64,000 nt of DNA from NCBI GenBank assembly GCA_937935255.1, contig CALGXT010000076.1, positions 1,658 through 65,657 of the forward strand, given 5' to 3'. The stretch comes from an uncultured bacterium. Its GTDB lineage: Bacteria; Verrucomicrobiota; Kiritimatiellia; PWTM01. The position numbers and the translations under genes were made by a program. The notes under the pieces were generated by a model, which had not been told where the DNA came from, did not search any database, and worked only from the letters and a program-made list of their open reading frames with translations. Numbering within the stretch: position 1 is the first letter of the stretch; each line of letters begins with the position of its first letter. Shown here one piece after another: positions 28,501-36,888 of this stretch.

Positions 28501-28828
28501 GTCCGTTGTGGGTCAGGCCACGGACGCGGTAGGTTCCCGGCGCGACCAACCGTCGGAGGGTCGAACCGTCCTTCTGCACCTCGCCATCGTCATAGCCGTC
28601 CCAGCTCAGCAGGTTCGGGCCCGGCGGCAGGCGGGTCGCGGCCATCAGGTTGCGCACGCGCTTGCCGTCCGCATCGTCGATGACCACCGTCACCGTGGCC
28701 GCCTGCTCGAGATCGAAGGCGATCGGGATGTTCAGCGGCGCGGGTGCGGCGGCATCCTGGGCGAAGAGCAGCCCCGGCGAAAGCAGCGCAAAGCAGAGAC
28801 GAAGGGGAGAAGAATGACGGTGAATCAT
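25550..28828 (-). CDS. Large secreted protein: FlgD-like Ig domain, NHL/beta-propeller repeats, C-terminal CBM9-like domain
   Basis: VTVVIDDADGKRVRNL…WDGYDD; LALDPSGNLYVGD, YPKGLAVDARGQLWV; WSDLNRDG; VVDGNLADW; RBS AGGA before ATG 28828. Confidence 0.7.
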   Translation of the reverse strand: MIHRHSSPLRLCFALLSPGLLFAQDAAAPAPLNIPIAFDLEQAATVTVVIDDADGKRVRNLMAATRLPPGPNLLSWDGYDDGEVQKDGSTLRRLVAPGTYRVRGLTHNGLRLIYEFPIQSPGQPPWFTPDRSGAWLADHTSPQSVVFLPASDDGYFGKGKDRVIVSAITAECGDAFMALDSDGKKIVGLSPFGWHGGYALAVDRGPDAPRGDDAPWLYALRPGGRDVIVNAFARGGKTFRLFRHQSENPIVWNGGLTSDSIAVWNGIAVISVPHDNELLVVDARAKRLIGRLPVEGPRGVLFDDQGRLLLATAKQVKRLTLDTAKPAVLREEVVIGAHLEDAQQLALDPSGNLYVGDWGSLHVVKQFDPAGRPMRVFGKPGGPQLGGGFDYERLHYPKGLAVDARGQLWVVNADHLPKRISVWSTADGALVRSFVGGPKYGGGGALDPQDRTRFYYGIFNGGYSMKLDWAKGTAVVDNVFSRPEQFRGLDRDRHVGQIPDNAFHVGGHTFLIPNYTAALASNNSIGTIWHLGKDGVAWPVALVGALNLREPAHGAWNPERNPGVQEFFDDPGDGKKLDFYAMLIWSDLNRDGRAQPEEFRYWRTDTAYIGNNIRFNDDLSFTVRGHSFPAPTILPNGVPVWSQESVLTPLIGAERPSNTTTTADGWTLAVGRDHRGQLPGRHNAIFGWRDGERKWEYPSLAGEIIPHNPGDVIMAQRFLGAPFLAQRGEAGTVFGVNGEKGSMYLMTTDGLFLQDLGGDMRTHPTMGQKYPDYRRGMVVEGVTFLDEHFGPSLSQTKEGDVILIAGKEYSAIFRVDGLQDVRRRDFGALTLDAARLAGLPETLVVASRQRGPQTLTVAVGGEPPVVDGNLADWPETGWVRLDDRASASLRIVDGVLYAAWRTGDPHALANASGEPRLLFKRGGAVDLMIAADPGANPRRRDPVAGDQRLLASLQDGIPTAVLYRSVVPGTRPEERVPFESPVGRVEFDRVEVVSERIRLAQRGGDIELAVPLDLLGVPPLKAGMQLQGDIGLLRGTGAMTTQRLYWSNLDTSICSDVPSEARLMPWNWGRWDLTILDPELVPVPSRESGTNR

Positions 28829-28922
28829 GTTGAATCCATCCTGTGTGAGCCCTAGTGCGGCGCGAATCGAGCTATCGGAAGTCACCCTACCGTCGGAAGA
28901 CACCCGGCGGCAACGCGGAAAA

Positions 28923-30716
28923 TTACTGTATCAATAAAGCTGGCCAATCGCCGCCGATGAGTTGCTGCAACTCGCGCATCCGTGCGCGCTGCCGGTAAAT
29001 ATCGCGCGGAAGGCAGTCGTGGGCCTTGCACAGCGCCGCCGCGTATCCTACCGCGACGCCCATCTGGCCGGTCGTGTTCATCACGCGCGAACTGCCCAGC
29101 GCCACGTGGGTGACGCTGACGTTGCGGCCGGCCATGAAGAGGTTCGGAATGTCGCGCGAATACAGGATGCGATACGGGAAGTACCATCGGGCGACTTTCT
29201 GATTCGTATACTTCGAACGATAGCTGACGTCGGTCGGGTAGTGCAGATCGATACCCCAGGTGGCCGTGCCGACGGCGTCCTCGAAATAGCGGCCCTGCTC
29301 GATATCGCTCTGGGTCAGCACGTAATCGCCCATCAACCGCCGCGACTCGCGTTTGCCCGCCACGTAGGGCACCCATTCGAGCGCCAGCGCCGCGTTCGCC
29401 GTATTCCGTTTCGCGTTGAAAAACGTTCCGTAGATCGCCCGCAGCAGATGGTCGCGGATGGCCTCGGCGTCTTCGATCGTGTCCTGATGGAAGCCCGCTT
29501 CCCAGTTCCAGTTGCCGCCCGTTTCCGCCGCGGCGCCGGCCACGGTCAACGCCCAGGGAACCTCCGGAAACGTCTGCGGCGAATCCATCCGACGCGAGCG
29601 CCACATCAGCGAGTTGCCCATCGTCATCTCGTCGGCGGCCGCCGGCGCGAGCGATTCGCCGAACTCGCCGGCCGCCTCGCGACCCATGCGATACGACGCG
29701 CCCGCCCAGAAGCCGATCCAGCCGTCCCCCGTGCAGTCCGCGAAGAGCGGCGCGCGGAAGCGGCGGCGTTCGCCCGAGTCCACGCGCCGCGCGTCCACCG
29801 CCCGGATGCGCCGCCCGACGCCGGTTTCAACCCCGTAGGCGCGCCAGCCGGTGAACAGACGCAGGGTCGGATATTCGGCCACGACGGCCATCCGCGCGGC
29901 ATCGGCGGCCGCCGCTCTCGGATCGGTGTTGGTGAAGTCGTTGGCGACAGCGCTCACGATGCGATGCCGCTTCTCGCCCTCGGTCTTCACGCGAATCTCG
30001 CCGCTGGCGTTGCCGCCGAGCACCGGGCGATCCTGGATCAGTGCCACCGAAAGCCCGCGCTCGGCGGCCGCGATCGCGGCGCAGGTGCCCGCGATGCCGC
30101 CGCCCACGACCACGAAGTCGAAGTCCATGACTTCTTCGGGAGCGCCCGTTTCGCCGCGACGCTCCGCGCGCCACGCGCGCAAGGCGTCGCCCGCGGCCGG
30201 CGGCGGTCCGGCCGCCGGATCGTCGGCGAAATAAATCGCGTCGCAACGCCCATCAAACCCGGTCAGGTCGCGCAGGCGCAGCTCCACCGCCGCGGCGTCG
30301 AGCGTCACCGTGCCGCCGTCCACCCAGCCCCACGCCGGCGGGGCTACGCCGAATATCGCCGGGAGCGCCGCGCCATTGACCCACACCTGAAAGCGACCCG
30401 GCTTTTCGCCATCGAAGTCGGGCGTCCAGTCGCGCGTCCGCACCCAGATCCGCCAACGGCCCGGCGCGGGCAGCGTTACGGTCGTCACCGCATCCGCCAC
30501 CGGAACACCCAGTCCGTGCGCCAGCAGATACGGCGAGCCCATCGCCTCCACGAATTGCGCGTCCACCGACCAGCCGCCCTTCTCCGTAAACGCCTCGGCC
30601 TCGATCAGAACACCCGCGGCGGCGACCGGCCGCGGCGAGAAGAGCAAAATCGCGCCGAGGAAAAACGCGTGACCGAATGCGCGCGCCCGCCCGAGCGCCG
30701 GCCGCAGATCGCTCAT
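28923..30716 (-). CDS. Secreted FAD-dependent oxidoreductase (FAD_oxidored family) with an N-terminal CBM-like domain
   Basis: VVVGGGIAGTCAAIAAA, QDRPVLGGNAS, FADCTGDG, GKRESRRL, NLFMAGR, SSRVMNTTGQMG; signal peptide followed by LIEAEAF. Confidence 0.88.
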   Translation of the reverse strand: MSDLRPALGRARAFGHAFFLGAILLFSPRPVAAAGVLIEAEAFTEKGGWSVDAQFVEAMGSPYLLAHGLGVPVADAVTTVTLPAPGRWRIWVRTRDWTPDFDGEKPGRFQVWVNGAALPAIFGVAPPAWGWVDGGTVTLDAAAVELRLRDLTGFDGRCDAIYFADDPAAGPPPAAGDALRAWRAERRGETGAPEEVMDFDFVVVGGGIAGTCAAIAAAERGLSVALIQDRPVLGGNASGEIRVKTEGEKRHRIVSAVANDFTNTDPRAAAADAARMAVVAEYPTLRLFTGWRAYGVETGVGRRIRAVDARRVDSGERRRFRAPLFADCTGDGWIGFWAGASYRMGREAAGEFGESLAPAAADEMTMGNSLMWRSRRMDSPQTFPEVPWALTVAGAAAETGGNWNWEAGFHQDTIEDAEAIRDHLLRAIYGTFFNAKRNTANAALALEWVPYVAGKRESRRLMGDYVLTQSDIEQGRYFEDAVGTATWGIDLHYPTDVSYRSKYTNQKVARWYFPYRILYSRDIPNLFMAGRNVSVTHVALGSSRVMNTTGQMGVAVGYAAALCKAHDCLPRDIYRQRARMRELQQLIGGDWPALLIQ

Positions 30717-30723
30717 TGCGCGC

Positions 30724-30911
30724 TGTAGACGCGGGCGTTGACCGCGTCGTTCCTCGCGTTCCCGGCTCGCGCCACGCTCACCGCGGCCAGCGGCCGCGGC
30801 TACAGGGCGGGCACGGATTGCATGTAATACGTCAGCACGGCGCCGACCGGCGAGGCCGCCGGTCCCACAATGCTCACGCCGTGGCGTTGTAGGACAGGCC
30901 GCCGGCCTGTC
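30724..30911. repeat. Cluster of four GTAG/GTGG-tailed REP-like hairpins
   Basis: TGTA-GACGCGG..CCGCGTC 30724-48; CCGCGGCC..GGCCGCGG-CTACA 30781-804; GACCGGCG..CGCCGGTC-CCACA 30845-69; TGTAG-GACAGGCC..GGCCTGTC 30888-911. Confidence 0.8.
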
Positions 30912-30952
30912 GCTCCCCCGTGCCTGACGCATTACGACCGCATGGTCTTCGC

Positions 30953-33310
30953 TCATTGTTCATTCTCCACGCGAAGCTCTGTGTCGGAGTCCGGTGTCAG
31001 GTCGATTTTCACGGTCACGTCGCCGTCCGCCAGGGCGAACTCCACCGGGCGGCCGTCGCGCAGGACGCGGATCGGACCGGTCAATTCCACCGGCCGCGTG
31101 AACACCGCCTCCAGTTCCATCGGATCGCCGGTGTGCGCCAGCCGCACGACCAGCCGCCGCGGTTCGCTCACGCCGGAAATCAGCACGCCGCCCGGACCGC
31201 GGAGCGAGGAAAAAGACACCCGCCGGCGCCGCCAGTCCGCCGGCATGCCCCGGCCGACAAACACGCGCGGGCGCCAGAAGTCCGGCAACACGACCTGCTC
31301 GCAGGCCGCCGTCAGAAAGGCGCCGTGGGCCGTTTCGAACGGCGGCAGCGCGGCGTGGCCGACCAGCGACATCTCCTGAAAATAACCCGGACCGTACGTC
31401 CGGCATTCGATCGTGTCCGCCATGAACGCCTCGGCCCGATCCGGCCGCCCCAGCCGAATCTCGCTCGAGGCCAGGGCGCTGTTGAACCATGCCGGATTCG
31501 CGCTTTCGCCCGGAACAACCTCCCGCCGGCTGTTCCGGAACGCGGCGTCATCGAGATATTCACCGGTCTCGGCCAGATAATTGCCGATCGCGAACCAGTC
31601 GGTCGTGTGCTGGCCCGACGCCGCGCCCCGCCAGGCCGGATAGCGGCCGTCCAGAACGGGCAGCCGGATTCGCGCGAGCGCCGCCCGCCAACGCTCCTGC
31701 CGATCGGGGTCCACCCCCAGCCGCGCGGCGTAATCGACGGCTTTCCGTATAACGGTCATAAACAGAATGACCGTCGCGGCGAAATGCGGACGCGGTTCCT
31801 CGCCCATCACGTCGGTTTCGACGCCGCGCAGCAGCAGCTCGCCGTCCGACTCAAAAAAGCACTCCGCCAGCGAATAATCGGCCACGCGCCGAAGGATCGG
31901 ATACACCGCCTCGCGCAGCAACTGCAGCCGATCGCGCCCGGCCAGCTCGAACAGCCGCATGGCCAGCAGCGCGCGATTGGCGTCGGACATCGGCGCGCGG
32001 TCGCGTTCCGGCGGCACCACCGCCTCCCCGTTATACGTCAACATCCAGGGGAACGGCCGGCCCGACGGACGCATCACCCGCGCCATCCAGCGCGCGTGCG
32101 CCTCGGCTTCGGTCCAGAGGTTGGCGCGGGCGACGCCGTCGATGATGTAGTGGTGATCGTGGAAATTGCTCGCGGCCCAGCCGTTCTGATGGTTGAGCAG
32201 AAACTGAACCGTGCCGCCGAGGGCATGGTCGTCTCCGCAACGGAGCAGGTAGGCGGACATGCGATGGAGAAAGTGCCGCCGCACTTCGTACTCGTTCGGC
32301 GCTTCGACCTCGATGTCCGCCGTCCGCGCCCAGAAGGCCCGGAAATCCTCGATATGGGCGGCCCGCGCGCGCTCGTGGCCCGCGCGGTCGAACGCTTCCA
32401 GTTCCGACTCCAGCTCCGCCCGAACTTGCGGCGCCCGCTCCACCGCCGACCCGGCGAGGCGGCGAAAATCCAGCCGCAGCCAGGCTGTCTGTTCCGACGC
32501 CAGCGGTCCCCGCATCGTCGCCGTCAACCCCTCCGGGGTCGCTTCGGCGGACATCCCCTCCGCCGCGATGCCATACACGATCGTGTAGGGCTCGGACGGC
32601 TTGAATCGGGACGCCGGAGTGATCGAGGCAACGAGCGTGCGCGCGCGGACATCTATCGCGCCGGGCTGGTCGAACAGCGGCAGGCCGTGGCGGGTCTGCA
32701 GGACGAGCCGGACGTTCCATTCGAAATCGCCGACGGCGGATGCGGCCGCCGCCCGGTGCAGTTTCAAAAAGACCGTCTCGCCGCCGTGGGGCGCGAAGGC
32801 CTCCAGGGTCAATCGGCCCGGCCGCGCCTTGGGCAGAACGCCGCGCCGGTTCAGCGAGTAAGACGTGCGGACCGTCGCGGTGCGAAGGTCCCAGTCGCGA
32901 CGCCAGGAACCCGCGAAGGCGCGCAGCTCGTCGCCCGCGATCGTCCGACTGCCGAACGCGAGTTCCTGCGTCAGATAGCCCAGCGGCATAAAATTCCGCT
33001 GCCCGTAGCGATTTGTCGCGGGATCGAATTCGGCGCTGCCCGAGAACGCGATCTCGTCTTCCCAGAGGTGGGAGCTGACGAGGCCGGATCGCAGGATGTA
33101 GAGATCGCTCTGCGTGCTGTGCCAGGGCGCGGCCCAGCAGCGGTAATGCGCGGCCAGCCGATCCGGCAGGCTCTGCAGGCCGGCCGCGTCCAGGCCGATG
33201 CCGAAGCCGCCGGACCCGATCAGCGCGGGATATCCGAGCGCCGGCAGCGCATCGGATTCCTCGACGACCGACCACGCGTCGAGCCGGGTTGCCTGGGTGT
33301 CCTTGAACAT
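30953..33310 (-). CDS. Putative (alpha/alpha)6-barrel glycoside hydrolase/phosphorylase (GH65/GH95-like)
   Basis: WDLRTATVRTSY, RAAHIEDFRAFWARTADIEVE, EAVYPILRRVADY, C-terminal MPADWRRRRVSFSSLRGPGG; no signal peptide. Confidence 0.65.
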   Translation of the reverse strand: MFKDTQATRLDAWSVVEESDALPALGYPALIGSGGFGIGLDAAGLQSLPDRLAAHYRCWAAPWHSTQSDLYILRSGLVSSHLWEDEIAFSGSAEFDPATNRYGQRNFMPLGYLTQELAFGSRTIAGDELRAFAGSWRRDWDLRTATVRTSYSLNRRGVLPKARPGRLTLEAFAPHGGETVFLKLHRAAAASAVGDFEWNVRLVLQTRHGLPLFDQPGAIDVRARTLVASITPASRFKPSEPYTIVYGIAAEGMSAEATPEGLTATMRGPLASEQTAWLRLDFRRLAGSAVERAPQVRAELESELEAFDRAGHERARAAHIEDFRAFWARTADIEVEAPNEYEVRRHFLHRMSAYLLRCGDDHALGGTVQFLLNHQNGWAASNFHDHHYIIDGVARANLWTEAEAHARWMARVMRPSGRPFPWMLTYNGEAVVPPERDRAPMSDANRALLAMRLFELAGRDRLQLLREAVYPILRRVADYSLAECFFESDGELLLRGVETDVMGEEPRPHFAATVILFMTVIRKAVDYAARLGVDPDRQERWRAALARIRLPVLDGRYPAWRGAASGQHTTDWFAIGNYLAETGEYLDDAAFRNSRREVVPGESANPAWFNSALASSEIRLGRPDRAEAFMADTIECRTYGPGYFQEMSLVGHAALPPFETAHGAFLTAACEQVVLPDFWRPRVFVGRGMPADWRRRRVSFSSLRGPGGVLISGVSEPRRLVVRLAHTGDPMELEAVFTRPVELTGPIRVLRDGRPVEFALADGDVTVKIDLTPDSDTELRVENEQ

Positions 33311-33379
33311 GGCGGGCGGCGAAAAAGCGGATTGAACGCGGATTTCACGGATTGGTACTGATTAAGCACTGCTCCGGTA

Positions 33380-33421
33380 TTCAGAATTCAGGAGTCAGGA
33401 GTCAGAAGTCAGAAGTCACGA
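33380..33421. repeat. Tandem heptamer array, 6 units (TTCAGAA/TTCAGGA/GTCAGGA/GTCAGAA/GTCAGAA/GTCACGA)
   Basis: Read directly from the sequence. Confidence 0.85.
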
Positions 33422-33459
33422 AACAAACCGCCGCGCCCGGAGCAATTCCGGGCGCAGCG
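33421..33459 (-). terminator. Intrinsic terminator after the PEP-CTERM gene
   Basis: Minus strand CGCTGCGCCCGGA-attgc-TCCGGGCGCGGCG followed by GTTTGTTT, ~25 nt after the stop. Confidence 0.65.
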
Positions 33460-33484
33460 ATTCCCTCGCGCCTTCCACATCGAA

Positions 33485-34744
33485 TCACGCGCGGTTGCGC
33501 TTACGCAGACCGGCCGCGCCGACCAGCGCGATACCCAACAGGGCCAGCGTACTCGGCTCAGGAATCAGGGTCAGGTCGCCGCTACCGGTATCGAAGGACC
33601 AGTCTCCGCTGCTGTATTTTCCACCGCCATCATGGACGAAGACAGTGTCGTTCGTGAAGGCAAGCCCAAAGTTGCCGCCGAAGGTTGCAGACAGGCTGGC
33701 CACATTCACCAGATTCCAAGTGCCCGATGTGTCCGTCAGCCCCGAGATATCGAGGCGGAAAAGCCCATCGAAGATCGCCGTGCCTGCACCGTCAAATTTG
33801 TTCGACGCGTTGCCGTTGTTTATTACAAAGCGGGACTCGCTGGCGGAGGTGAGGCTGAGGGTTCCGTCATTCACCTGCGTGTCGCCGACATAGGTGTTCA
33901 CCCCGGACAGCGTTAGGGTACCGGCGCCGCTCTTGATCAGGCCACCGCTTCCGGCATTCGCGAGCCCAAGGGATATTCCGATGTCATAGGCTTGGGTGTC
34001 GATTCTCGCCCCGCCATTCCCCACGTTCACAATGGGTGCGCCACCGGCACCGGCCGTGAGAAAAGATGCGTTCGTTGCGCCGGCGCGGAGCGTGCCACCA
34101 TCAAGGTTGATGGTGCTGGTGGCATAGGCGGTCGGACTATTATCCACAAAACCGTTGACGGTCAATATGCCGCCGGTGAGATTCACGATTTGACTGTTGC
34201 CGGTTCCGGCAATAGCGCCAGACCGTCCAAAATGGATAGTGCCGAGCGTAGCACTTCCGCCGCTTACCGAGAGGGTGGCGGTGGTGTTGCTTTGAGTTCC
34301 ATACAGCATGTACATGATGTTGTTGGCGGCAAAGGTTCCGCCTTCAACGGACAACGTTCCGCTTACTCCGTTGCCAATCAGGCTGCCGCTTGATCCATTT
34401 GTTGTGAGGGAGCCTCCCTGCACGCGCAGAATGCCAGCGGAGCCTTGTCCGACCAAAAGACCTAGTGCAGTCGAACTGAACGAACGAGTTCCTTCACCCG
34501 CATCGTAGATCAGTTCATTCGTGGCGGCATTGCCAATATTCCAGCGAATATTGCCGGAAGTGGCAGTGGCCGCCGCAGCATTGTTCCAGTTCGCACCTGT
34601 CCCCCAATCCGTGCTCGTGGCACCCGTCCATGTGTATTGCGTCTGCGCAAAGACACCGAAGGGAGCGAGGGTTAGAAGCAGCGCAGCGAGGGCGCCCACC
34701 GCCGGAAACCGCGCGCGTGTCGTGAGGTATCTATGGTTATTCAT
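33485..34744 (-). CDS. PEP-CTERM surface protein with an autotransporter-associated beta-strand repeat
   Basis: C-terminal IPEPSTLALLGIALVGAAGLRKRNRA; GGLIKSGAGTLTLSGVNTYVGDTQVNDGTL; WTGATSTDWGTGANW; signal peptide; RBS AAGGAG. Confidence 0.93.
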   Translation of the reverse strand: MNNHRYLTTRARFPAVGALAALLLTLAPFGVFAQTQYTWTGATSTDWGTGANWNNAAAATATSGNIRWNIGNAATNELIYDAGEGTRSFSSTALGLLVGQGSAGILRVQGGSLTTNGSSGSLIGNGVSGTLSVEGGTFAANNIMYMLYGTQSNTTATLSVSGGSATLGTIHFGRSGAIAGTGNSQIVNLTGGILTVNGFVDNSPTAYATSTINLDGGTLRAGATNASFLTAGAGGAPIVNVGNGGARIDTQAYDIGISLGLANAGSGGLIKSGAGTLTLSGVNTYVGDTQVNDGTLSLTSASESRFVINNGNASNKFDGAGTAIFDGLFRLDISGLTDTSGTWNLVNVASLSATFGGNFGLAFTNDTVFVHDGGGKYSSGDWSFDTGSGDLTLIPEPSTLALLGIALVGAAGLRKRNRA

Positions 34745-34894
34745 GTGCATGTCTCCTTCATCTTCTTTGACATTTTTCGTCTTGCTTCCCGCCGCGCCCT
34801 TGCCGGCGCACACCGCCGCAGGGCCCCATTATCGAGCCTACCCAGCCCAACAATCATGCGCACGATGCGCTTCCTCAAGCCGCGCCGCAAATTA

Positions 34895-34916
34895 ATTATA
34901 AACTTTATCTGTAAAG
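34895..34916 (-). promoter_or_regulatory. Candidate operator CTTTA-CAGA-TAAAG next to a TATAAT -10 box
   Basis: Minus strand reads CTTTACAGATAAAG-tt-TATAAT; the same 13-mer occurs at 36827. Confidence 0.6.
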
Positions 34917-34937
34917 CCTATTCCCGCGCCAGTTTCG

Positions 34938-35484
34938 CCGCGGCCGGCGGCCGCGGCTACAGGTGCCGATTCGCTGGGCGTCTGCTATAGACGCGGGCGC
35001 TGACCGCGTCCGCTTGCCTTTGCGTAACCCCTCCGAAATTCTCACGCAAAGACGCCAAGCCGCGCAAAGAGTAGCCGCCACGGTTGATTTGAGGCCTTAC
35101 GCTTGTCACCTTTCGTCTCCTTCTTTGTGTTCTCTGCGTCCCTTGCGGTTAAATTCGTTTCCTATCCGCGTTCATCCGCGTGATCCGCGGTCAATTTCCC
35201 TTTTCTCTTCGTCGAACAACCAGGTAACCTCACGCCGGCCGGGGATGGCGCAACTTCTGAAAACGTTCATCCTTCGTGCCTTCGTGGTTTCTCTTCCCCC
35301 GCCGGCCGAGTAGGCGAACCACGAAGGGGGAATACCGGACGCATATCGGCGCCCGGTTTTTCGGGGTTGTTTGGGAGCCGGATCGGCGCGGCGACTGCGG
35401 CCATTGTCGGCATCGCTCCCGTGGCGTCACGCTGGCCTGTCTGGGTTGAAGATCGAAAAATGATTCTGTCCTAATGATTCTGTC
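34938..35484. repeat. Intergenic mosaic of short repeat families
   Basis: REP copies at 34938-61 and 34986-35010; GCAAAG/CTTTG units ~35043-35153; ATCCGCG x3 35164-93; CCTTCGTG x2 35271-89 with inverted AACCACGAAGG 35317-27; AATGATTCTGTC x2 35459-84. Confidence 0.7.
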
Positions 35485-35636
35485 TTCCATTAATGATCGG
35501 CGGCCGCGTCCACTTCGTGCCACACGCGTTCCCTACTCAAGGCATCCGCTTTTGAAAGCTCCACGCCGGTCGTACCGCGGTGATTGACGCTCCACGCCGA
35601 ATGCGTTACTTGATCCGATCATCTGGAGGGCGCGCC

Positions 35637-36644
35637 ATGGAATCGAAACGGGTCACCTTGAGGACGATTGCCGCGGCGGCGGGGTTGAGCGTGCAGGCGG
35701 TTTCGCTGGCGCTGCGAAATCGGCGAGAGATCGCGCGGGCGACGCGCGCGCGCGTGAAGAAGGTGGCGGAAGAACTAGGCTATCGGCCCGATCCCGCGCT
35801 GCGCGCCCTCGCCGAGTACCGGACCGCGCGGCGCAAGGTCGCCGCCAAGTGGAACGAAATCGCCCTCGTGCATGACTGGCTGTCGCCCGAAAAATGGCTG
35901 GCCAATCCGTTCTATCAGGACCTGGTGCGCGAGCTCCGGCTTTACGCCCGCGAACGGGGCATCGCGATCCGCGAGGAATGGCTCGGCCACCGGCACGAGC
36001 TCGCGAAGACGGTCTTCCGCCGCCTGCGCGACATCGGCGTCACGGGCCTGCTGATCGCGCCGCCGCCGCTCGATCCCGACCCGATGGCGATCCCCGTTCC
36101 GAAACGCGGTTTCCAGACCGTCACGTTCGGCCCCGAACACCTGTATCCAAACCTTCACACGGTTCAGTTCGACTTCTACGAGAACCTGCGTCTGGCGTGG
36201 GCCGTCCTCCGCAAGCGCGGCAGCCGGAGAATCGGACTGCTGTACGCGGCCTATCAGGGCTGGCGGACGGGCGACGCCTGGATCGCGGCCCACTATATCG
36301 AAAAACGCGCGGCCGGTTTCCACGCCGAGGATCTGCCGCCGCTGGCGGTTCCCGGCACGGACGACGCGAGCTTCCAGCAGTTCCGCCAGTGGGCGACCGC
36401 ACAGCGCCTCGATGCGGTGATCTCCAGCGTTCACCCGGCCCTCGCGTGGAGCCGGACCCTGAAGCCGGCGCCGCGGGTGGCGATCATGAACGTCGGGAAG
36501 ACCGGCGAAAGCGGCATTGACCTCAACCTCCGCCAGACCGCCCGCACGGCGATCGAACTGCTGCTGCTCGAAATGCAGCGCTCGCTCGTCGCGGAGTCGG
36601 CTCTTCCCTTCCGTATCCATATCCCGGGGCGGTGGGTGGACTAG
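35637..36644 (+). CDS. LacI-family transcriptional regulator
   Basis: HTH VTLRTIAAAAGLSVQAVSLALRN…ELGYRPDP; RBS GGAGG; C-terminal IPGRWVD. Confidence 0.93.
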   Translation: MESKRVTLRTIAAAAGLSVQAVSLALRNRREIARATRARVKKVAEELGYRPDPALRALAEYRTARRKVAAKWNEIALVHDWLSPEKWLANPFYQDLVRELRLYARERGIAIREEWLGHRHELAKTVFRRLRDIGVTGLLIAPPPLDPDPMAIPVPKRGFQTVTFGPEHLYPNLHTVQFDFYENLRLAWAVLRKRGSRRIGLLYAAYQGWRTGDAWIAAHYIEKRAAGFHAEDLPPLAVPGTDDASFQQFRQWATAQRLDAVISSVHPALAWSRTLKPAPRVAIMNVGKTGESGIDLNLRQTARTAIELLLLEMQRSLVAESALPFRIHIPGRWVD

Positions 36645-36826
36645 CGCGATCGTTCGCCGCGCAATCCCAGCCGCGCAGGACAGAGCAGTTTACGCGATTA
36701 CTGGTTGAATCTCGGATGCCAGCCCTCGGCAATATGTGTGCGATCAAGCCGCGCCGGCGGGCGAGCAGCGGGGCCCTGCCATCGCGGGTCGCGCAATCCT
36801 GCGCTGATCCGCATGCGGGTGTCGTT

Positions 36827-36847
36827 TTTACAGATAAAGCATATTTT
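36827..36847 (+). promoter_or_regulatory. Second copy of the candidate operator next to a -10-like TATTTT
   Basis: TTTACAGATAAAG-ca-TATTTT, ~50 nt upstream of the prepilin-type gene. Confidence 0.6.
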
Positions 36848-36888
36848 GCCGTTTTCACTTCTCCAACAGCTGCCACATACTGCCGGAT

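Noticed and set aside
33327..35484. CRISPR array or DGR suggested by clustered repeats
   Set aside because: No constant repeat with unique spacers, no cas or reverse transcriptase gene, and no TR/VR pair.
34963..35523. Small ORFs of 116 and 97 aa
   Set aside because: They are translations of the repeat mosaic, with no RBS or motif.
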